DNA from: a virus
Taxonomy: Duplodnaviria > Heunggongvirae > Uroviricota > Caudoviricetes
DNA: 5,642 bases
IMG/VR virus record: IMGVR_UViG_2698536484_000011
Location: 1 to 5,642 of that record
Strand: one strand, 5' to 3'
The position numbers were made by a program, and so were the translations under genes. Each line of letters begins with the position of its first letter. Position 1 is the first letter of the stretch. The notes under the pieces are model-generated. The model had not been told where the DNA came from. It did not search any database and was given only the letters and a program-made list of their open reading frames with translations. Below, piece after piece: positions 1 to 5,538 of this stretch.

Positions 1-71
1 AATTCACTGTCGGCGAAGGTAAGTTGATGACTCATGATGAACCCTGTTCCATGGCTCCAGATGACAAACAT
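1..71 (-). CDS. Possible 5' end of an unidentified gene running off the left edge (N-terminus MFVIWSHGTGFIMSHQLTFADSE...); partial
   Basis: Minus-strand ATG at 71..69 opens a frame that stays open to position 1, preceded by an in-frame stop at 83..81 and only a weak GAG Shine-Dalgarno. The plus strand is also open from 3 to 104 (stop TAG 105..107), so this could instead be the 3' end of a plus-strand gene. Too short to decide. Confidence 0.2.
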   Translation of the reverse strand, partial: MFVIWSHGTGFIMSHQLTFADSE

Positions 72-119
72 GATCTCATATCAGGGACTTGTTCGCACCT
101 TCCCTAGAGTAGATTACAC

Positions 120-358
120 CGGAAATACCCAACCCGACCAGAATAAAGTAGATCAAGAAGATAATTATAACTTCCCTATTTATACTTAAAAAACCATTAT
201 TAAAAATAATTTTTCTTTCCAAAATCAGACCCCACATTTAATAAGACAACATGATTTATTAATTATCTAAAAATCTCTGCAATGATATTGTATTACATAA
301 ATCTTCAAATAACATTAATCATTCTATCTTGAAACTTGTCTTAAACAAGATTACCTCT
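120..358. other. AT-rich non-coding spacer, possibly a horizontally acquired junction or promoter region
   Basis: Long A/T runs (e.g. ttattaaaaataatttttctttcc, taattatctaaaaatc) contrast with the GC-richer phage genes to the right. No ORF with a start and ribosome-binding site was found. A TATAAT hexamer on the minus strand (179..174) exists but is expected by chance in AT-rich DNA. Composition judged by eye, not computed. Confidence 0.45.
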
Positions 359-525
359 TTACTCTGCTGAGTCAAACAGCCTAGCCCACTCACTTGTATC
401 ACTCATCTTTAACATCGCAGCGTAGTTTCTAACTGGAGCATACCGAATATGACCGCTATTAACATTATGCCGTAACTGCATATTTAGATATTGGATTAGG
501 GGCATCGCGCTGACAGAACTCAAAT

Positions 526-545
526 GCGGGCTCTTTGCCGCCCGC
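526..545 (-). terminator. Candidate intrinsic terminator of the dam-A operon
   Basis: GCGGGC (526..531) and GCCCGC (540..545) form a 6-bp GC stem with an 8-nt loop. On the minus-strand RNA it is followed by AUUUGAGUUCUGU, a moderately U-rich tract. It lies about 60 nt 3' of the A stop codon. Confidence 0.35.
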
Positions 546-553
546 CCCCGCAG

Positions 554-597
554 AATCACGCTATCCGACGCAACCAGCTGCGACGGATAGCGTGATT
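554..597. repeat. Perfect 14-bp inverted repeat (long hairpin) immediately 3' of the gene A stop
   Basis: aatcacgctatccg (554..567) is the exact reverse complement of cggatagcgtgatt (584..597), with a 16-nt spacer whose centre is the palindrome cagctg. It is followed on the plus strand by taattcattcttt. Could be a terminator (possibly bidirectional) or a protein-binding site. Confidence 0.6.
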
Positions 598-601
598 TAA
601 T

Positions 602-3214
602 TCATTCTTTAGGGTAGCGACCTTCCGCACCCGCCAGCATTTTTTGATATTCCCCGACCGGATCAAACCGCAGGTGCGTGGCATCAATGCCGTGGTTATC
701 CCGTAAATGTTCCCATAATTTATTCACCGTCCGTGACTCATTAGGTAATTGACGCGTTATCAACTGGCCGCCAGCACTGGCTTGATAAAATTTCCCGCCA
801 ATCTCCAGACGGCTCCCCATTAACAGCGAAACGGCCTGAATCTCTGAAATCTCAACCAAACACAACGCCGCATCAGCCAGCAGACTGGCAACCGCAGGGG
901 CAAGCGCTGCCCGCCTGGCTTTATCAGCCACCGATCTGGCCTCGGTTTTTTCCACGGCAGAACGCCAGGCAACATCTAATTCGCTCCCTGGTTCATAAGG
1001 TGATCCGCTGTGCCGCCTTTTGAATGGTGCTTCACGTAGTCGCCGTATCAATTTGCGCCGCGTTGGCTGGTCCATATTTTCAAAATCGACGATTTCCTCT
1101 TCTGATTCTTCTGTAATACCCTCCACACCAGGCGAAAAATCGGTGATTTTTTCGTCTTCCGTAGAGTTATTGACAGAACTCCAAGCGTCGCCGGTTGGCG
1201 ACGGCAAAAGGTCAACCCCCAAACCGGGGCCGCTTTTGGCCCCAGTGACGGTTTTGGATTTGGCTCGAATTTTCCACTTAACCAGACGGGTGCAAATACG
1301 GGAGGCATCCCCCAGACGCGGCGACCAGACCCCGAAAACCTTTTCGGGGATCTCACAATAAGCATTCATTTCATCAGCGGGCTGATAGGCCAGACGGACG
1401 ACATAGTTTTCTCGCGGGATCAAAACACCACCCTGGCGGATGATGTAAGTAGCAAAGCATCCGACATCGGCAGCGGCGCAAACCGCATCCATTGCAGGAT
1501 CCACAAGCAATGGCGCACCACGTTTGAAGGTACTGTCAATTTTCTGTCGGGTCGTGATCTGATTACTAAGTTTGCGCAGCTCGCGGTAAACCGATATGGG
1601 CGGCTGTCCGATGGGCTGAAACTGGCGGATACGGTGAAGCGATGCCCAGGCCATTGCATATTTGGCGCTTTCATTCAGCGGCTTGCCGCTTTCGTCGTCC
1701 AGTTCACCGGCCAGCGCGTGGCCGTCGATATTCTTCGAAATGTATTTAGCGATGTATGCCGTTGCTGACCCTTTCCGTGGGTCCATTTTTTTTGACTTGA
1801 AACGAGCGCCGGTATTGCGGCCCAGCTCGTCGCGGTCTTCCGCAATGAAGTAGGTGCGAAGGATCGCAACCGTGGCTTTGACTTGCTCTTGTGGCATAAA
1901 CAGCAACGCGTGCCAGTGTGGTGTCCCATCGTGATGCGGCTCGGCGACACGGAAGCCATAAGGGCGCAAATCTTCGCGTTTCAGTTTGGCGGTTGCCCGG
2001 TTCCACACACGGCATAAATAGCACTGCGCCTGGGCGACGGTGGAATGATTCCATTTGGCGTTATGGTGGCCGGATGCAATATTACTGTGATATTTCGACG
2101 GGCAAGTGATTGTCAGGAAGATGCCAACATCGCCGCGACTTTGGGCAACAAGCTCAACCCCAGCCATTCGGGCCATAAGCTCATGGCGACGAATAGCCGG
2201 GTTTGACGTGGATTTATTAATCATGTCCTCAAGTGAGGAAACGTTGCCGTCTTCGTCTACCAGTTCATGACTTTTGAAAAAATCCCGGTTTTTACGGCGC
2301 TGTTCCTGCCACTCGATCAGGCTGGAAGCGCTAACGTATGCGTGCGCTTTTTTATTTACCGCGCCAACGGCTCGCAGCTGGTTTTCGCGCCAGTCACAAC
2401 GCAGGCGCCAGATTTTGCGCCCCCACCAGTCAGGCGAAGCCATACGCAAAATGGCCGTACATATCCGATCACGTTCCCACGGCGCATACCATGCAGGCGG
2501 CACAATGCGAAGCGCCAGCATTTCGCGGCCCAGATGACAATAAAGCCAGTCCAGTTCTTCGACGTTCATGTCGGAAACATTCTGTCCCAGGGCTTCGCAT
2601 TCCGTCCCCAGCATTTCAGCCATGCGGCTGGCGATCTCATTAGCGGCGCTTAGTGCTTCCCGCTTTGTGAAATCAGCCAGCCGTTGCCAGCGCCCGAACC
2701 AGTACGCGGCCAGTTCGCCGGTGATATCAGGCGAAACACCTTGCCTTGTGCGCACAACATCAAGACGCAGCAATGATTTTTTCACTGTCCCCATAAGAAA
2801 ATCATTGGTGTGTCTGGTTTCACGGTTGACCCGTAACCACTCAATTTTTTTACGCCAGACTTCACGAATGAAGAACGGCTCTGATAATAAACGTGCTTCG
2901 ACACCTTCTGGCGTATTGGCCCAGGCTGCCGCCGTGGCTTTAGCGGCTTCCATTTCTTGCCGGATTATATTTTGATGGGCGGCCAGTGGCAGGCCGCATG
3001 GTTCGTACCTGTCCAGCGCCTGGATGAGCGCATCACGGTCACGAACTTCGGCGGGATTGTAACCGGCACGTTTGAAGATGTGATCGATATGTTTTTTTAC
3101 GGCAGGATGATGCGCCACCGCCCCAGCAAGCGGGGCGATTTTTTTCGGTTCATAGATGTACGGGCCAACAGCTGGACGCGGTGCGTTCCAAGGCCATGCG
3201 AAAGCGTTAGTCAT
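602..3214 (-). CDS. Rolling-circle replication initiator (replication endonuclease), phage P2/186 gene A family, 870 aa
   Basis: The translation contains the HUH motif as PHWHALLF (H433-W-H435, nt 1910..1918) and the paired catalytic tyrosines YIAKYISK (Y487 and Y491, nt 1754..1756 and 1742..1744). This signature is shared by the phiX174 A and P2 A initiators. ATG at 3214..3212, stop TGA at 604..602. Long uninterrupted frame in a GC-typical coding region. Confidence 0.93.
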   Translation of the reverse strand: MTNAFAWPWNAPRPAVGPYIYEPKKIAPLAGAVAHHPAVKKHIDHIFKRAGYNPAEVRDRDALIQALDRYEPCGLPLAAHQNIIRQEMEAAKATAAAWANTPEGVEARLLSEPFFIREVWRKKIEWLRVNRETRHTNDFLMGTVKKSLLRLDVVRTRQGVSPDITGELAAYWFGRWQRLADFTKREALSAANEIASRMAEMLGTECEALGQNVSDMNVEELDWLYCHLGREMLALRIVPPAWYAPWERDRICTAILRMASPDWWGRKIWRLRCDWRENQLRAVGAVNKKAHAYVSASSLIEWQEQRRKNRDFFKSHELVDEDGNVSSLEDMINKSTSNPAIRRHELMARMAGVELVAQSRGDVGIFLTITCPSKYHSNIASGHHNAKWNHSTVAQAQCYLCRVWNRATAKLKREDLRPYGFRVAEPHHDGTPHWHALLFMPQEQVKATVAILRTYFIAEDRDELGRNTGARFKSKKMDPRKGSATAYIAKYISKNIDGHALAGELDDESGKPLNESAKYAMAWASLHRIRQFQPIGQPPISVYRELRKLSNQITTRQKIDSTFKRGAPLLVDPAMDAVCAAADVGCFATYIIRQGGVLIPRENYVVRLAYQPADEMNAYCEIPEKVFGVWSPRLGDASRICTRLVKWKIRAKSKTVTGAKSGPGLGVDLLPSPTGDAWSSVNNSTEDEKITDFSPGVEGITEESEEEIVDFENMDQPTRRKLIRRLREAPFKRRHSGSPYEPGSELDVAWRSAVEKTEARSVADKARRAALAPAVASLLADAALCLVEISEIQAVSLLMGSRLEIGGKFYQASAGGQLITRQLPNESRTVNKLWEHLRDNHGIDATHLRFDPVGEYQKMLAGAEGRYPKE

Positions 3215-4101
3215 TCACATATGCCCGTAGAAGTCGCAACCTTGAGAATACCGATCACCTCACTGGCGGCCCCTCGGGTAATGGCGTTCGCGCTGACAGA
3301 ACGGTTAACGCTAATTTCCTGGAAGTTGAAAGAGCGATAAATCTCGCAGGTGGCTGGGGTGTCGCTATTGGACAGGATCACCGGCGAACCAGTAAGGCGG
3401 TTAATATCCAGCAGAGCGGCAGCTAACTGGCGATGCTCTTTAATCCCAAACGGGGCGGTGTGGTATTGGGTGAAATTAGCGGTTTCGCTTGTTGGCAGGT
3501 ATGGCGGATCGCAATAGATAACCGCGTCACTACCAATCATGATTTTTAACGTGCTCTGGAAATCGCAGCACACGAAAATAGCTTTCGTGTCGTTAGCTTT
3601 TTCAGAGAATAAACGGATTTGTTCTTCCGGGAAGTAAGGCGGGGTTTTGTGACGCCCAAAGGGAACGTTATATCCACCCTGTTGGTTGTAGCGTACTACG
3701 CCGTTATATCCGTGACGGTTCAGGTAAAGAAATTGTGCTGCACGAAGAATCTTGCCCGCGTCCGGCCCATCTTCAAACACACTGCGCAATGACAGTAGGT
3801 CACGGGCGCGGGCGTTGAAATCATCGCGGATCCACTTATAGCCGTCTTTATCGCCGTACACTTTAAACAGTGGGCGAGCAGCGTCGATCACCGCATCAGG
3901 CCAGCGGGTTATCTGGCGATACAGGTTAATTAAATCTGGGTTGATATCACCCAGGATATAACGGCGATATTCAGTATTGAGGAAAACAGAAGCACCGCCG
4001 ACAAACGGTTCCACCAGGCAATCGGCTTTCGGCAGAATCGGCAGCAAATCAGGCATAACGCGGCCTTTACCACCGGGCCATTTAACGAGAGATCGAATCA
4101 T
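3211..4101 (-). CDS. dam: DNA adenine methyltransferase, Dam family (alpha-class N6-adenine MTase, probably GATC-specific), 296 aa
   Basis: N-terminal KWPGGK, AdoMet motif I CLVEPFVGGASVFLN, and catalytic motif IV YCDPPY (D198-Y201, nt 3499..3510). Blocks such as FLYLNRHGYNG..YNVPFGR and DPPY..ANFT..YHT align closely with E. coli Dam as I recall it. Start is preceded by a GGAG Shine-Dalgarno; the stop overlaps the A start (ATGA). Confidence 0.95.
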   Translation of the reverse strand: MIRSLVKWPGGKGRVMPDLLPILPKADCLVEPFVGGASVFLNTEYRRYILGDINPDLINLYRQITRWPDAVIDAARPLFKVYGDKDGYKWIRDDFNARARDLLSLRSVFEDGPDAGKILRAAQFLYLNRHGYNGVVRYNQQGGYNVPFGRHKTPPYFPEEQIRLFSEKANDTKAIFVCCDFQSTLKIMIGSDAVIYCDPPYLPTSETANFTQYHTAPFGIKEHRQLAAALLDINRLTGSPVILSNSDTPATCEIYRSFNFQEISVNRSVSANAITRGAASEVIGILKVATSTGICE

Positions 4102-4171
4102 TTTTACTTTCTCCAGGGTGCAAGAAGCCCGACGCGTTAGCGCCTGTTTCTTTTTTGTGGGTAGTTAGTTG

Positions 4172-4561
4172 TTAATTTACTGCGTTATCTGGCGCGGGTG
4201 GTTTGTCGCGTATCGCCTGAATTTCGGCGCGTGGTGCGGCGTAGTCCTCAAATTCCCACGGCATTGATGCTGCAAATTCGGAAAGGCGCTTAATGCCCAT
4301 CAAAAGGCACGTTTGCTCCTTTTCGGTTAGATTTTCGTAAGTACAACCCAGCTGTTTGGCGGTCAGCTTCGGCATTCCGGCTATGTATCTGGACGCATCG
4401 TTTGCCAGGATGAAAATCACCTTTTTACAGGCATCATCCAGGCGGTTAAAACGGGTTGCAGTGTCGTTCACGCGTGAGACGTTCAAACTTGCTTGCAGTC
4501 GAGCCCGTTGCTCTAAGAACTGGCGACGGCCTGGCTGTTGTCCTGTCTTATCCATCAACAT
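4172..4561 (-). CDS. Hypothetical early-operon protein, about 129 aa
   Basis: Frame open from 4567 (GTG) to the stop. I prefer ATG at 4561..4559, which sits 5 nt after a GGAGG Shine-Dalgarno (minus-strand ggggaggtggtt-ATG). Same strand and tight spacing with neighbouring genes. I could not recognise a family from the translation. Confidence 0.7.
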   Translation of the reverse strand: MLMDKTGQQPGRRQFLEQRARLQASLNVSRVNDTATRFNRLDDACKKVIFILANDASRYIAGMPKLTAKQLGCTYENLTEKEQTCLLMGIKRLSEFAASMPWEFEDYAAPRAEIQAIRDKPPAPDNAVN

Positions 4562-4576
4562 AACCACCTCCCCGAA

Positions 4577-4798
4577 CTACGCAAAGATGCCCATTAAGCG
4601 GGAAAACCAGCGGCGCTTATTACGCGGGCGCGACATAAACGGTACACGGCAGTTTTTAACAAATTGAACATCTGCCGCTTTAGGCTGGAAGAACCGCCCG
4701 TCCGGGGTTTCAATCCAGCCGCGTTGATGCTGACGGTGGGTGATCTGCTGGCCGTGGGTGAGCAGGCTGGCGAGTGAAGGGCACTGTGTTAAGTCCAT
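4577..4798 (-). CDS. Small basic hypothetical protein, about 73 aa, first gene of the minus-strand operon
   Basis: The ORF track starts at ATG 4870 (97 aa), but the internal ATG at 4798..4796 is preceded by ACGGAG with 6-nt spacing. The upstream extension lacks a Shine-Dalgarno and overlaps the candidate operator and promoter. C-terminus is Arg/Lys-rich (RPRNKRRWFSR). No helix-turn-helix or zinc-finger pattern recognised. Confidence 0.55.
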   Translation of the reverse strand: MDLTQCPSLASLLTHGQQITHRQHQRGWIETPDGRFFQPKAADVQFVKNCRVPFMSRPRNKRRWFSRLMGIFA

Positions 4799-4936
4799 GT
4801 TGATCTCCGTCATATTGAAAAGATGCCGGGATATAACCCCACGCCCGGCACGTGTTTCCTGTGATAACATCGCTATGCCTGTGTAACTTTGAGCAGTGAA
4901 TCAGGCATAACAATCACCAACACAGAAGGAGTTGTA
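4799..4936. promoter_or_regulatory. Divergent intergenic control region with an inverted-repeat candidate operator
   Basis: Lies between the start of the minus-strand operon and the plus-strand gene at 4937. Contains the 7-bp perfect inverted repeat TGCCGGG (4824..4830) and CCCGGCA (4844..4850) with a 13-bp spacer, atataaccccacg. The spacer carries -10-like hexamers on both strands (TATAAC plus, TATATC minus). A TTGAAA -35-like hexamer sits at 4815..4820. Promoter assignments are by eye only. Confidence 0.45.
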
Positions 4937-5416
4937 ATGAAATTCAATGTGTTTTTTAAAAAAGACCACGGATCACACTGGGTACTTTCCGATGGTTCCC
5001 CCCTCTTTGAAAGTCCACTATTTGAAACAAGACCTAAAGCCATTGATGACCTTGAGAACTTTGTAGGCCTTATGGAATCGCCAATTTTTATTAAGGCTGG
5101 TGACGATATTAATTCTGGCGATACAGAAAACTGTCCATCTGTAGTTATTTCTTTAAAACAGCATGAATCGCTATGGGGCTGGGAGTTATTTATCTCAAAA
5201 AATGGACAACTGTCTAAAGTTACCGAAAGTTCAGGTAATGGCTTTGACTCATTAGAATTAGCAAAGCAAAGTGCCCAGTTTTTTATTAATGCCATTATCG
5301 ACGCTCCTATTCTGGATCAAGCCGATGTCGCTATCCCCGGTATGCACTTCTCAAAATCTTTCGAGGAAACGCACCACATTGGTGACATTCACCCATCCAG
5401 TAAATGGTTCAAATAA
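4937..5416 (+). CDS. AT-rich hypothetical protein, 159 aa; likely horizontally acquired accessory (moron) gene
   Basis: ATG at 4937 is 5 nt after a strong Shine-Dalgarno, GAAGGAG (4925..4931). The tracked upstream start at 4889 is TTG with no ribosome-binding site. Composition is visibly more AT-rich than the flanking phage genes. Two internal segments (HWVLSDGSPLFESPLFETRPKAIDDLENF and WGWELFISKNGQLSKVTESSGNGFDSLELAKQSAQFFINAI) loosely fit a tandem YegP/DUF1508-like repeat pattern; this is unverified. Confidence 0.8.
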   Translation: MKFNVFFKKDHGSHWVLSDGSPLFESPLFETRPKAIDDLENFVGLMESPIFIKAGDDINSGDTENCPSVVISLKQHESLWGWELFISKNGQLSKVTESSGNGFDSLELAKQSAQFFINAIIDAPILDQADVAIPGMHFSKSFEETHHIGDIHPSSKWFK

Positions 5417-5445
5417 TCCATCACTGCGGCGTTATCGTTTTTCTT

Positions 5446-5468
5446 GTGCGAGGTGGAACATCTCGCAC
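5446..5468 (+). terminator. Candidate terminator hairpin after the 159-aa gene
   Basis: GTGCGAG (5446..5452) and CTCGCAC (5462..5468) form a 7-bp stem with a 9-nt loop, followed by gguuucuucauc. It lies 30 nt after the TAA stop at 5414..5416. The U-tract is imperfect. Confidence 0.3.
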
Positions 5469-5538
5469 GGTTTCTTCATCAACCATCAACTCATAAATTC
5501 TGATGCTGTTATCACCGTTTGATACGTCATCAAATACC

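Noticed and set aside
359-559. 66-aa minus-strand ORF just downstream of gene A
   Set aside because: Its start is a GTG inside the 14-bp hairpin stem, its first about 20 codons are encoded by the two terminator-like hairpins, and none of the internal ATGs has a Shine-Dalgarno. It may contain a small real gene from a later start, but I cannot support it.
1020-1365. 113-aa plus-strand and 105-aa minus-strand ORFs
   Set aside because: Both lie entirely inside gene A, in the antisense frame and an alternative sense frame, within the compositionally biased linker-coding segment. Best explained as frame artefacts.
1420-3340. Ten tracked ORFs (63 to 135 aa) on both strands overlapping gene A
   Set aside because: All are embedded in or antisense to the 870-aa A frame, which carries unmistakable catalytic motifs. 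None has a convincing ribosome-binding site and the translations are low-complexity.
3977-4168. 63-aa plus-strand ORF
   Set aside because: Antisense to the 5' end of dam, whose translation aligns with E. coli Dam through this region.
4102-4171. Terminator or internal promoter between the 129-aa ORF and dam
   Set aside because: Only a 3-bp stem (cgc-gtta-gcg) is present and no U-tract lies on the transcribed strand. The spacer mainly carries the dam Shine-Dalgarno.
4356-4913. Overlapping ORFs 4356..4667 (plus) and 4710..4913 (minus)
   Set aside because: Antisense or alternative-frame overlaps of the two small early ORFs and the intergenic control region. No ribosome-binding sites.
4873-5295. 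140-aa minus-strand ORF antisense to the AT-rich gene
   Set aside because: The plus-strand gene has a strong Shine-Dalgarno. The antisense translation is Ser-rich and low-complexity with no ribosome-binding site.
4937-5416. Reading the divergent gene as the prophage C/cI immunity repressor on positional grounds
   Set aside because: No helix-turn-helix segment is recognisable and the composition is foreign to the surrounding module. Position alone is insufficient.
5271-5522. 83-aa plus-strand ORF
   Set aside because: Overlaps the 3' end of the 159-aa gene in another frame and runs through the terminator-like hairpin. No ribosome-binding site.
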